The notes beneath the pieces were generated by a model that saw only the letters and a list, made by a program, of their open reading frames with translations, was not told where the DNA came from and searched no databases. From Ruditapes philippinarum (taxonomy: Eukaryota), in assembly GCF_026571515.1 (NCBI RefSeq), contig NW_026863897.1, positions 1 through 64,000 on the forward strand: a stretch of 64,000 bases of DNA. The letters run 5' to 3'. The stretch's first letter is position 1. Each line of letters opens with the position of its first letter. Made by a program: the position numbers and the translations under genes. This document shows, in pieces, positions 1 to 12,143 of this stretch.

Positions 1-724
1 AAATTTTTTAAAAAAAAATAATTTTATTTTATTATAAAAACCTTTTAAAATAGCATATTTTTCTATAGTTTTTATCTCATCAAAATTTTTAGAATTTCCA
101 TCAAAATTTTGTACTATTTCTGATAACCTGTGTACCATGACAGTTGAAATATTGTTGCAATTTATCTGAAAATTTTCAAAAATTGTAGCTAAAATCTTGA
201 TCTGACATTTTTCAAAATTGCAAATTATGTATATAAACGTTTCACTCACCTTTAATTTCTATTTCAGGGTACTTTCGTTGTGTCCCGCTGTGCAAAATCG
301 TGCTTCGAATCGGCTGGTCTTAGGCGCCAAATCAACCGTTGTCGTATAACGGAGGGAAGAAATCACGGATGTTAAAAATACTTTTAAATATTACAATACA
401 AACACACATGTGAACGAGTGGAATACCAAAACTGGAACTCCCTCTCTGACATTTGAGAATCGTATATATATAATATCAACCTGTCCTAAGGACATTTTAT
501 AATGTATATAAATAACACGTTTTAGAGTTACATATATAAATCATTCCTGACATAAGGTCAGTCCGTATGCTTTCTCCTGCACTATAATACTCATAAATCA
601 TGTCATGTTCCATAGTGCACATTAAGAAATAAAAACCCTAATATATGTATATACATGTTGACTTGTCATTCTTTTTGAATATAGCATGTATGACTAATTA
701 GCCTGTGCAACCAGCTATACGACA

Positions 725-1230
725 TTTTATTATCACTGCGTCGTTCTTGCCGTCGTGCAAAATCAGTAATAAACAAAATTTCTTAATAATCAGTTAGTTT
801 TAAGACAATAAGAAAACAATATTTTAAGAGTTATTCCCCTTTTAAACTTAAAATTTTGTCAAAATTGTCTATGAGGTAGAATTATTTCAAAACTATATCT
901 GGTATCACCTTATTACTTGGAACGCTTGATGATCATGACACGGTACTAATGAAAGACATTTTTCTGAATTAAAGTTTTTTGAGTTATTATTCAGTTTTAC
1001 TAGAATCGAGTCTTTGTCAAAATTCTCTTATATCTAATGATGATTTCAAAGCTATAATTGCTCTCAATATAAAATTTGGAATACTTGAGATCATGACAAG
1101 GATCAGTCGTTAGGCAAGGGGCATTATCCGAAAGTAATGTTTAGAAGTTATGTCCCTTTTTTATTTGGACTATTTTTGAAAATATTTTATTAACAGTCGA
1201 ACGTTAATACAGCAGGAAAGACACCGTTTG
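725..1230. mobile_element. Degenerate non-autonomous Helentron (HINE)-like element with ~155-160 bp internal tandem units
   Basis: Motif (A/G)AGTTAT recurs at about 826, 981 and 1145; TTGGAA...CTTGA..ATCATGACA occurs twice. This layout resembles bivalve satellite-bearing MITEs (recognised by eye). Confidence 0.45.
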
Positions 1231-1319
1231 TAAATATAACCGGAAACTTAAGTAAATATATTTTGTAACAAATGTTATACCCTTGCTTTTGGTATTGGCT
1301 TAAATTTATGCTAGATCAA

Positions 1320-1380
1320 ATGTTCAAACAATGTTGCACTTTGGTTGCAGGCACATACTTTTTTCTTAGCTTATTTTGTT
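1320..1380 (+). CDS. LU-LU-mucin-vWA secreted protein, exon 1 (putative signal peptide MFKQCCTLVAGTYFFLSLFCS)
   Basis: ATG at 1320 followed by a hydrophobic stretch. Phase-1 donor T|GTAAAC is in frame with the next exon. The donor is only moderate, so this is the least certain exon. Confidence 0.55.
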
Positions 1381-1561
1381 GTAAACAAGGAAAGTCGATA
1401 TATCTTTATTATTATACATTGTGTAGTAATTTCAGAAATAATTTGTTTATTTTAGATTCAAATTTGTATGTAACATATATGAAGTAAAATATCATTTTTA
1501 ATAATTTAAAAATTAAATAATGTATAATGTAACACTTTAAAACAAAGTTTTTATTTTATAG

Positions 1562-1710
1562 CTCAAAGTTTACAATGTCTTGAATGTCAGGAACTTCCAC
1601 GCCCTGATGATTGTCGTATAACAACAACTTGTTCCGGTAACAGTATGTGTTATGTGGAGCAAGTCGTTACAAGCGGAGGTTTGATACTCTATAGCAGCGG
1701 ATGTGCCTCT
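1562..1710 (+). CDS. LU-LU-mucin-vWA protein, exon 2 (LU domain 1, N-half: QSLQCLECQELPRPDDCRITTTCSGNSMCYVEQ...SGCAS)
   Basis: TTTTATAG acceptor, GTAAGT donor; LxCxxC start typical of Ly6/uPAR folds. Confidence 0.88.
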
Positions 1711-2201
1711 GTAAGTCAACATAATACATTGCTAGAACTTTATTTTTGCAACTATAAAAAGAATGTAAAGAGAAATATTTAAGCTATTTATAAAATGTTT
1801 TGAGTGTTACAATTTTAAAGTTTCTGCCATATTTCGAGTTTTACCTTGTGATGTAATCAAATTAAAAAAAATGAAGAAAAATCTAGGGCCACAAAATTAA
1901 CGAAAATAACAGAAACACTAAAAGGCGAATTATATTGCAGACTTTATTGATGAGGCTTTAGGAATATGCAACGTATCATACATCCAATAGTTGCAATTTC
2001 TAAAATGTGATCGATGTAATTAAAAGATCAGAAAGTATAGCAACCCTCGGACTTGCTCTTTTACCAAATAAAACAGTAAAATTGGAATCTCAACAACAGT
2101 AGCCAAACAAGTTAAAACAAAAATGTTAAAGTATTATGGACATATTATCTATTTAAAATTGATATTTCTATACACCTTTTTTAATATTGTTGCGTTTCCA
2201 G

Positions 2202-2343
2202 GCGATGTTGTGTTCCATAAAACGATCTGTCACAAGTCGTGATTTGATCAAACGTCAGAATTTAGTGTCTAAGACAGATGTTGTTACATGTATGGAATGC
2301 TGTGAAGACGATTTTTGCAATATAGTAGGCTGTGGCCAAATAG
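2202..2343 (+). CDS. LU-LU-mucin-vWA protein, exon 3 (LU domain 1, C-half: AMLCSIKR...TCMECCEDDFCNIVGCGQI)
   Basis: TTTCCAG acceptor, G|GTACT donor; CCxxxxCN LU signature. Confidence 0.88.
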
Positions 2344-3310
2344 GTACTTGTTCAGTAATGTGATTTATAACAATAAAGATTTGTGATCGTTATACTGTAT
2401 ATATCAACATTTTTAATTTTTTAGATGATTTTGAAAAAAAAAACTTTCCTACTGCTAACTTAAATTTTATTTGATGTCATTGATAAAATTTCATCGAATG
2501 CTAAATGTAAAATTTTGAATACTAAAACTGAACTTAAACTGAAAAAAGATATTCATTGACAAAGACTTTTGCTGCTTTCAAAGTGATTTTAATGAACTGG
2601 ATTGAGTATATAGTTAAGATTTCTTAGTATTTCTCAAATTCATGATTTTCAAAATGATTTGTCAAAGAAAATGACATGGAATTCATTATTAGTTATCAGG
2701 AAGATTTGAACAGATGTCTCCTATTGATGCAAAATTTCGGAAAATTATATCTATTTGAAATACTTCAAACCTATATAAGTTGTAAACAAATTAGGTTCTG
2801 CTCAATTGCGAGGACAGTTTTAAAATAATTTGAATAACTTTTAAAACATTAGAAAATAAAGCAATTAGATGTGCATCGTTTACAAAACGCAGCTCGCACA
2901 ATTGCTTAAGGCAACGGCATCCTAAATGGCAACATAATGGATCTTAAGGTTAATAATAAGTTTAGAAAATAAATTTGATTTTAACAGCACACAAAGTGCC
3001 ATGGGCATAGATGGTTACGACTTGTTATATCTTGAAATGTCAAATAGAAAAAAAGACTTGTTTTATCTGTCATTTTCATAGGTGCGTATTGAGAGCACAA
3101 ACATAAACTCTCATCATTCAATATAATATCTTTATTTCTACATGCCCTAGAAAATCATTTCACTAAACATGTGATTTAATGTCGAGCTATTACGTGATTG
3201 AAACAGAAACAACATTCAACAAAACATTCACGATATGTCAAATATTGATCTATAATATGCCATGGATAAGTATTTAGCAAACATCACTTTTAAACATTTT
3301 TTACCCTTAG

Positions 3311-3408
3311 GTTCAAAACCGCAACAAAGACCACCAATATGCTTCGATTGTCAACACCAGCTGAACCCTACGAGTTGTCGGGATGCAACACTTTGCAATG
3401 CAGACCAC
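3311..3408 (+). CDS. LU-LU-mucin-vWA protein, exon 4 (LU domain 2 start: ICFDCQHQLNPTSCRDATLCNADH)
   Basis: CCCTTAG acceptor, GTACTG donor; phases match neighbours; Cys spacing matches domain 1. Confidence 0.85.
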
Positions 3409-3870
3409 GTACTGTTAATATTCTATGCCGCTATCATAATTTGTATTCGTTAATGTTTAAAGTTTAAGCCAAAAAGCAAGCAATAAAAATATGCCGCAAT
3501 ATACTAATAGTCATAATATTGTAAGTATATTGATATTATTCAAAGATGATTTATGTACACATGAATGCAGCCCAGCTAACAACATTTTGCTGTGTTGGGC
3601 TTTCTTTATGGATTCTGTTTTACTTTATTTTTATTTGTATATTCTATATGCTACTAAGTTTCCACTTGATATTATAAAACATCTCTAAATAAATGAAGTA
3701 GACTGAGCTGATATAAAAATATCTGAAAGATCTCACTGAATAAACTACAATTGCAAATTCAGTGTCTTCAGCTTATTTAATTAATGCTAAAAGTTTGTAT
3801 AATGTTGCATTTGCTCATCATTGGTATTTAATACTACATGTCTATTAATTTATTTATTTTCCTTACACAG

Positions 3871-3927
3871 ATGTGTGCATTACAACAAAACGGCCATGAT
3901 TGGAAAAGTGAATGTGCGCCTACACTT
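3871..3927 (+). CDS. LU-LU-mucin-vWA protein, exon 5 (MCALQQNGHDWKSECAPTL)
   Basis: Strong polypyrimidine tract plus ACAG acceptor, GTAAGT donor, phase 0/0. Confidence 0.85.
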
Positions 3928-4600
3928 GTAAGTAATTATATTCTTTATGCAGTATTAAATTGTTTTCTCGACCCAAGTGCTTTGACAGTGCATGATAAAG
4001 CGGGGGGTGGGGTTGACAGTGCGTGATAAAGCGGGTTGGGGGTTTGGGGGTTGGGAATAATCACCTTCCTTTATCTTCAACTTGTCTTGCGCTGTAATAC
4101 CTCTAGGTGCTATAATAACAGGTGTTTTTTTCTATTCGGAATGCCAGAAATATAGTAGGGATTGCATTATCTTCTTGATCGTGCTGGACCATGCCTTTAC
4201 TGTGGATTCAATTAACCAAAATTATGTCTGATACTGTCCGGATGTAGTGGACGGGCCTACAAGGAACTACAGCATTATATACCCATAACATGCCTTATTG
4301 CCTTTATTTCACTTTTTTCTACTTGGTTATTCCTACATTAGTTACATCCTTGTTGTTACTTTGATACTGATTTCATTTATTTCTTATGAATTTTACAGAA
4401 ACATAAAATAATGTTCAGAACCGATTTATCATCATGCACCACACAAGCAAACTGGTAATAAATGTTTATAAAAAGAAGAGGCAAGTTTAATCCTTGCAAT
4501 CGAAGCGTGTTTATTACAAACAATATTGTACTGCAAAATTACGTTTTCAAGTATAATTGAGCTGTATCAAAATATAAAAGTTACATTTTTGATATTACAG

Positions 4601-5318
4601 CAATGCAAGGCAATGGAGCAGCTTAGTTTGAATAACGTTGCTGGACCCTGTCATACATGTTGCAATGACGACTTCTGTAACAACAAATGTACTCTTCATA
4701 ACAGTGGAACAATTACGTCACTGTCACCTACTTCAGATACAACAATATCTTCAAAACTAAATCAAACAAAGATTATGACACCAACAAAACAATTGTCAAC
4801 AATAATGGCATTAACAAATATAAGTACTACAACTTCAGCCTCTGGTGCATCTTCAGCATATACCACCACCTTCATGCCAAAGACATTCGCGTCAACCACA
4901 TTTTCAGAGCCACCTGCGTCGGCAACATCACCATGGAGGCAAATATCTACAACGTTATCAGGAGGTCTAGCGTCTTCAACATCTGCAGAAGCTCTTTCAT
5001 CTTTAACATCTGGAGGGGCTCAATCGTCTTCAACACCTGCAGGAACTCTATCGTCTTCAAAACATGCAGATATCTTCTCGTATCCAACATCCCCGAAAAC
5101 AATAGTAACAACTTCCTTCGCGTCTACTGCTCAAGTACATGTTCAATCGACAGAAAAAGTGTCTACTATTCATGAAGATAAATCATCAATTCAAACAAGT
5201 CAGGTGTCGACCAGAACAACATCTTTTACGCCTTTAGTTTCTGTAACGAAAGATACTTCATCAATAAATTTAACAAAAGATCCAACTTCCACCGTGCAGA
5301 CAACTTTATCATCACAAG
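4601..5318 (+). CDS. LU-LU-mucin-vWA protein, exon 6 (end of LU2, CHTCCNDDFCNNKC, plus ~205-aa Ser/Thr-rich mucin-like stalk)
   Basis: TTACAG acceptor, CAAG|GTAGA donor; lies within ORF 4526-5326; very Thr/Ser/Pro-rich. Confidence 0.9.
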
Positions 5319-5688
5319 GTAGATGATAAATGTTAACAATATACATGTACATACCTATTCGATATACAATCATATTGTAAAGCGTTACACCTTTCAAAAA
5401 AAGTAAAGAAAGAAAAACGAATTCTCAAGAAACATGAATCCATTATCGAAGACCATTGTCGTCTTTATTTTGTTCACAAAATGTTGTTCTTCTCGTTCAA
5501 TTATATTAAAGTAAATTCGTATTTGTCTGTTCCTAAAATTGAAACAATCCATGTAATTTGTTGTTACGTGTTGAAAATTAATAATGACAATCATAAGTTA
5601 CAAAGTTTTATGTAACTTTATATATTTTCAAAGCACTATTTGTGATACTAGCATACTATCTTAATAATCGTTATCTAATTTGTTTCAG

Positions 5689-5850
5689 ATTGTAACAAGA
5701 CACTTGACATATGTTTTATTGTTGATTCATCAGGAAGTCTTGGTCCTGTAGGATTTGAAAAAGAGTTAAACTTTGTCACGAGTATGATTTTAGCTATCTC
5801 GTCAAAGACATCAGCAGATGCAGAGTTTTGTGTCATAACATACTCAACAA
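5689..5850 (+). CDS. LU-LU-mucin-vWA protein, exon 7 (vWA start: DCNKTLDICFIVDSSGSLG...FCVITYST)
   Basis: TTTCAG acceptor, GTAAGG donor; DxSxS MIDAS motif (DSSGS). Confidence 0.92.
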
Positions 5851-6786
5851 GTAAGGTTTACTCATTACTGTTGATAGGTTTATAACAGGTGATGAATATC
5901 TCGGAAAATTTATTTTATGGTCATTCATTTTACATACTTTGAAATTAGTCACTGGCCTTACTGAAAATAGAATTAGCATATTAATAAATCCAAGAACACT
6001 AAAAGCCTGATGGAAACCTGGTTCGTAGTAAGAGTATCATTACGTATCACTGTTTTGAATCCAGCCTGCAGTAGTTTTCTTTTTCCTTTTCATTATTAAC
6101 AGTTTCCTTCGAGTTTTTCTTTTTTGTTAAAGTGACATTATGCTCTTTTTTTCATTGTCAAGTTGAGCTAAATTGACTATGTATTTCAAAAAATTGTCAT
6201 TTATAATGGTGATTTACCAATAGTTGATATAGAAAAATCTTGAGAAATGATAAAATATAAATCTGACTATAAATAGACTGCCCATCTCTTTTATAAATAG
6301 AAAGTCACGAGTAAATTCCGATGGATATTTATAAAAATCCCCTGGCGCTATGTGAGTTATTTCGCCTTCATGCAAAATTGATTATAAAATTGAAAGAAAT
6401 TATGGCTAATGCAAACTTATTTTGACTTTTACCTGTTCACTCACATCCATTGGATGGGCACAATGTCACCAATACAATTATCCTGTTGGAAGCAACATGT
6501 TGTACTCATGTGACCATTGCACACCAAGATCAGCAGGCACATCCGGACCTTTTGGTCATGATCCTCTCTGTTCGCTATTCAGTCAGTACAATTTCCCGAA
6601 TTGTTTTATTTAGACAAAAAGATGGGCAGTTTAATTTAATTAACTTAAAGTGGTGAAGCCTATACTTGAATATGGAATTAAAGAAAAACAACATTATTTA
6701 GCTATCATTGAATATACAACAAGATGATGTACCTAATTCTCTTTATTTGTTTATTAAATACTGGTTCATGTTTTTTTCTTCAACAG

Positions 6787-6865
6787 GAGCACGTGCATAT
6801 ATCAAACTACAACATTATCACACTGTCGCAGAAGTAATCCACGCCATTGGAAACATACCATACAT
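6787..6865 (+). CDS. LU-LU-mucin-vWA protein, exon 8 (vWA: ARAYIKLQHYHTVAEVIHAIGNIPY)
   Basis: TTCAACAG acceptor, AT|GTAAG donor; typical vWA AI.xIPY segment. Confidence 0.88.
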
Positions 6866-6884
6866 GTAAGATATTATTTTGCTC

Positions 6885-7156
6885 ATAGATGTTCATTTGC
6901 TCATTTCACACATACTGTAGATATCCATTCGCTCATTTCAACATACTGTAGATATTCATTCGCTCATTTCACACATACTGTAGATATTCATTCGCTCATT
7001 TCACACATACTGTAGATATTCATTCGCTCATTTCACACATACTGTAGATATTCATTCGCTCATTTCAACATACTGTAGATATTCATTCGCTCATTTCACA
7101 CATACTGTAGATATTCATTCGCTCATTTCACACATACTGTAGATATTCATTCGCTC
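6885..7156. repeat. 32-bp minisatellite (TTCGCTCATTTCACACATACTGTAGATATTCA)n, ~8 copies, resuming at 8006-8046
   Basis: Tandem units read directly; some units are 31 bp. Confidence 0.95.
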
Positions 7157-8005
7157 GGTTGTTTTAAGAATATTGAAGACTATTTACTTTTACTATACAA
7201 ATCAAATTGGTCTGACAATGTTACAAATGTGGCAAAGCTGAGAACATATGTTACATTCAAACAAGACTATGAAACAGAAAAATATCTCATGTCTTCCTTA
7301 ACTAAAGCAGAAAGGTCCCATTTAGCTCAATTAAGATGCGGTATTCTTCCGCTCAAACTAGAAACAGGACGATACGTGGGATTACGTGTTGATGAAAGAA
7401 TATGCACTCTTTGTACTGACAATGTTGTTGAGGATGAAACTCACTTTATATTGAAATGTTCTAGATACAACGATTTACGTGTTAATTTGATTTCTAAATG
7501 TAAAGAGAGTAGCAGTGACTTTGACAATATGTCTGATATTCAAAAACTAAGTTATGTGATACAAAATCAATATGTAGCGCTGCAAAGTTTATTGTAGAAA
7601 GTATGAAAAGAAGAAGGTTATATCTTTATAAATGACCTGATGTTTTACATAATAAAAATTTACTTGAGTGTATTGAATCATGTTAAAATATCACCAGACA
7701 TATTTGAAAATAACAAGAAATATAATAACATATCTTAACATTGTTTAGAATTTATAGCTTTTGAAATTTTGATATGCTTTGCTTGTTTATATGGAATTTT
7801 GATGATTGACCACTGTATTTCCGATTAATTTTTCTATGCTTTACATGTTTTATTGTAAATCATTTATATGAATTGTATATAGTTTAAAGTGACTTATAGG
7901 CCCAACGTGGCCGGGTATTGTAATTTGTAATGTTGTAATGTATGTTTATTATATTGTACATAACACAATGTCACTATACTAAAATTTACTTACTTACATA
8001 CTTAC
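7157..8005 (+). mobile_element. 5'-truncated non-LTR retrotransposon (ORF2 C-terminal Cys/His domain, 3' UTR, (ACTT)n tail)
   Basis: ORF 7229-7597 contains LRCGILPLKLETGRY...ERICTLC...EDETHFILKC, a LINE ORF2 C-terminal motif. Apparent frameshift near the end. Tail TTACTTACTTACATACTTAC. Confidence 0.88.
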
Positions 8006-8946
8006 ATTTCACACATACTGTAGATATTCATTTGCGCATTTCACACAATCATACTGGTTAATAAATTTAAACAGAACTGTTATGTTTATATAATAAGTTT
8101 TACTTATTTCGTCGTTATATAACTGTATTAGTGGTAAGAAACATCCATAGTTTTGAAATAAAAGGAAACGAAAAAAAAAAACACGAAAAAAACCAAACAA
8201 AAACAAAGAAAAACATATGAGAAAAAAGAAAAGAAATTGAAGTTAATTTAAACGAGATAATGTATGTTCAGAAACCGTTTATATTTTTTTCATCTATCAA
8301 CCGGACATTATTATATCTTCATATTTTTATGATAAGTGTCTAAAACCAATGCTAAACCATGTAAACAGTTGTGCAAAAAATAAGGAAAGCTTACCATCCC
8401 GATTTGGAAATAAAAACATTTAAAATGGTAAAACAATCATGTTGTCACTCATTTTAAGCTATGAATACATATAAATATGCAAATATTTCTTATTTTAAGA
8501 TTTTGTCAAATCTTAATCTGACAAGACAAGAAGAAATAACAAGGGTTCGGTCTTTGCGATTATGATTATATTACCACAATTGTAAACACCACATTATGCA
8601 ATATTATTTGATAATAAAAAACAAAAAAAAAAAAAAAACAAACATTATCTATATCCAACGAAAAGGAAAATTCAGTTTCAATATAATTTCCAGGAGATGT
8701 AATTTTTCGAGTCAATAACAAATACAATATCGCAACCTCTATTTTCGTTATTTCTTTTCACATGTATTGTTCCAAATAAGATTTTCTAAAGTCATGCAAA
8801 GTTTAAAGAATCCTAATTTTTATTCTGACTATATTTTATTTCTATATGACAACTGTTACAAACGTCCTTTAAGATAAGTTATTTTTTGTTGGAAAAAATA
8901 AATTAAAGCTGTTTTACTGACCTGAATTGTCATATTTTATTCACAG

Positions 8947-9102
8947 AACTGGAGAGTCGTACGCTTACCGTGGTATTCATCAAGCACATAGTCAGTTCAG
9001 CCACAATGGACGTCACCATGCCAAGAGTGTAACTATTCTTATAACAGATGGTCACTCCACTGACCCAGATAGAACAGTACATGATACTGATCATCTCCTA
9101 CA
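8947..9102 (+). CDS. LU-LU-mucin-vWA protein, exon 9 (vWA: TGESYAYRGI...VTILITDGHST...)
   Basis: TTCACAG acceptor, CA|GTAAGT donor; ILITDG is the vWA MIDAS Asp motif. Confidence 0.92.
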
Positions 9103-9967
9103 GTAAGTGATAGTAGACATCATGTTCACATATTGTCGAGACATTGCATAATGTTATAAAGAGGATATGCAGCTTACTTTAATTATATTTATACTACCTC
9201 CACTATGTACCAATTATTGATTGACACACTTTATATATAGAACTGGTAAGTTTAAAACAATAAAATTTATTTAAGACATAGAATCACTGAATATTCTAGA
9301 GGGTGTGTATTTTGATAGAATATACAAAAATGGCGTTTTTCTTAACATAACATTATATCACAAATTGTCATAAATGCACTAATATAAAGCAAGTCACGAT
9401 CATGAAAGTCAGCAATGTAAGAAAAGGGGATCTTTAAGGTAGACTAAGACGTCTTTGATACAGTACAGGCTCAGTTTAATTGTTAATTAAGCCTGTAAAA
9501 ATGAAAGTCAATGGTTAATGCAGGCCGTCGTGACCAAACATTTACGTATTATTATTATGTATTAGATAAAAATAGATATAAAACCTTATAAATATTTTTA
9601 AATGTAAGATATTGTATCACAAATCTTTAAAGTGTATTTCAACTAATAGATTTGTAGTCGTTGATGATTATTTCTAATTCTTCTTAAGCAATTAGATATT
9701 AATAATAAGTACTGCTTTGCCAGCTGTTAACAGACAAGTAATTTATAGTTGTAGATGTGCTCTTTTCCAACTCCAGTAAAGCATTGTCAATTATCAATGT
9801 ATGATAAAAACATCGTATGGGTAAAACTTTTGAAGACTCACATGTTTTTACAATGTTTTCAATTTTATCGCCATAGAAAAATTAGCGAGCAAAAAAAAGC
9901 GAATTCTAATTTTGCTTCATTTGCTATGTTGGTTAGTAATTTTCAATACCGTGACTTCACATTTTAG

Positions 9968-10127
9968 AAATGTTGATAAATATGCTGTTACCACCGGTTC
10001 ACAAACGAACACAAGCGAACTGCCGCAGATAGTTTCTGGACCAAACCATCTTTTTCAAGTCCAGGACATCAACCATTTAGATGGGATACAAATGAAACTT
10101 CTAGAAACTCTGTGCAGCAGTGCATGA
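9968..10127 (+). CDS. LU-LU-mucin-vWA protein, exon 10 (vWA end ...ELPQIVSGPNHLFQVQD...LETLCSSA*)
   Basis: ATTTTAG acceptor in frame; EL..I.S.P.H.F.V vWA C-terminal pattern and closing Cys; TGA at 10125-10127. Total CDS 1782 nt = 593 aa. Confidence 0.88.
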
Positions 10128-11660
10128 GGTACGTAGTTATAAATTGTTTTATTTGTATTATCATACATACCGACTTCTTTCCTATTTCTGATGTCTTCAT
10201 TTGCAAAATTATACCCGAAGATTATCTTTATTGTCGTTGTCCACTATTCCCGATTTGTATGATGGTTTTATACTAAAATGATGCTCTGATCTGTATATGT
10301 TTAAACAGTAGGTCTGATATCTATTATGTCGTGATAGCAACGAGGACAAGAACAAACTGTATGAAATTTTTTGTTGATATTTTAACTTCGATGCAAGACT
10401 CCGCCATCGTTACACAATAAAGTTTTACTTTGTTCATTGGATTGCTAAGAGGTGACATTAGGAATTAGTACGACCTTAGACATTTATAAGATAAAGCTAG
10501 TTTCCTATAACATTCTGAATACATTTTAAATCAGAACAGTTTGCAACAGAATAATATTACATGATTTACTTTGCATTTACGTGGCGTGGTGTGTAAACTA
10601 TAGCATTCTCTAATATATGAATTGCATTTTTGTGTGATGAGCACTTTTTTCAAAATCACTCAATTATTAACTACACTGCAGAACAGATAACCACAACGCG
10701 GCATTTCCATATACCTATTTATCTCCCTTTACCTATTATATTAACCAGCTTTTGTGAAATTTTCTTTTTTGTAGTTTCCGGAAGTTTGGCTTTGGAAAAT
10801 TCTATTAGACCGCCACTTCCAAAATCTTCTGAAATTCTTGATTATTTTTACAAAAATGGTTATTCTAATAAACGTTATTTAGATTACTTGACTTTCGTTT
10901 TCAATGTTCTGGCAACAATAAAAAGTGTTTAAATTGCGTCGACACTTAAATTCGACCAGTTGAGGTTTGCTACAGAACAGGTAAAAGTGGATTTGTCTAC
11001 CATGGACAAATTTTAATCAAGTAAATCAAGTATTTAAAATATTGACGAAACACAATAGCAATATATTATTTGAATATACTAATATACAAAATATTTCTTG
11101 AAAAAGAAATTGATTATCGAGTTCTAAGTGCTTAAGTATAAGATTTATTATATGATGCAAAATAATATTTTGTTGTAGAACAATTTTGTAATTGCAATAT
11201 GTACTAAGGACCATGTATGCAACATCCATAAATATTTATTTGGTGATTTGTTGTCATTTATGATACTAGTAAATAGTAAATACTTTGAACAAAATTGTTT
11301 ATACATGTAGTATTATATGCATTCCAAAATGGACTAATTCACTTTAAGCTATTGTTACAAAAAAGTGCTGTGCTTATTAAGTTTTTAGCAAAGTATGTGT
11401 GTTATGATTTTATAGTGCTTAAGAATATTTATGTCAGTATTCACACGCTCAAATACTGTAACATGTTAATTGATTAGCACAAATTGTTATATCCCATGCC
11501 TTTCCTTGCTTTTATACACATGTTTAAACCATAACCATATTTCTTTATACAAACGTGTAATTTAATCATAATGGTACTTTAATATTAAGAGCCTGTTTAT
11601 AAATGGAAAACAATTGTCGACCGTGTTTTTGGTTAAATGTTTATTTGTTACATGATAAAA

Positions 11661-12143
11661 AGAATCTGACATGAGTTGCCATTTAAAGATATTAATTCTA
11701 TGCTCAAATTTTATATTAGAAAATATTGATAATTGCTAAACAGTTTCTTTGTAAATATAAAATAGACATGTTTTGACTTCACACAGAGAAGATATGTTGT
11801 TAAAAATTCTACACATTATAGGGGGTCAGGATATGAATATACAGTGACATTAAAAAAAACTGGCAATTTTTCAAGAAAAGAGTAACTTAACTTCACCTGT
11901 AATAGGGAACACAGCTTCCCATACATAGTTTATTTATTCTTTAATTCAAATAAGACATATTCAAATTGAATTTCATAGATTTAAATAAATTTCTGTGATG
12001 AAATTATTTTACTCAAGGATGAGCATAGTATTTCTTTCATATAAACTATTTGAAACTCGTAAAGCTTGGGCTTGCTTTATAACATTTTTTCTGAACATTT
12101 TTCATCAAATTTTATTATCACATTACAACTCATGTTAGATCCT
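11661..12143. mobile_element. Degenerate MITE with 18-bp TIRs
   Basis: AGAATCTGACATGAGTTG (11661-11678) versus the reverse complement of 12126-12143 (AGGATCTAACATGAGTTG): 16/18 match. Confidence 0.5.

Noticed and set aside
4933-5175. Alternative-frame ORF inside the mucin exon
   Set aside because: Shadow frame of low-complexity Ser/Thr codons.
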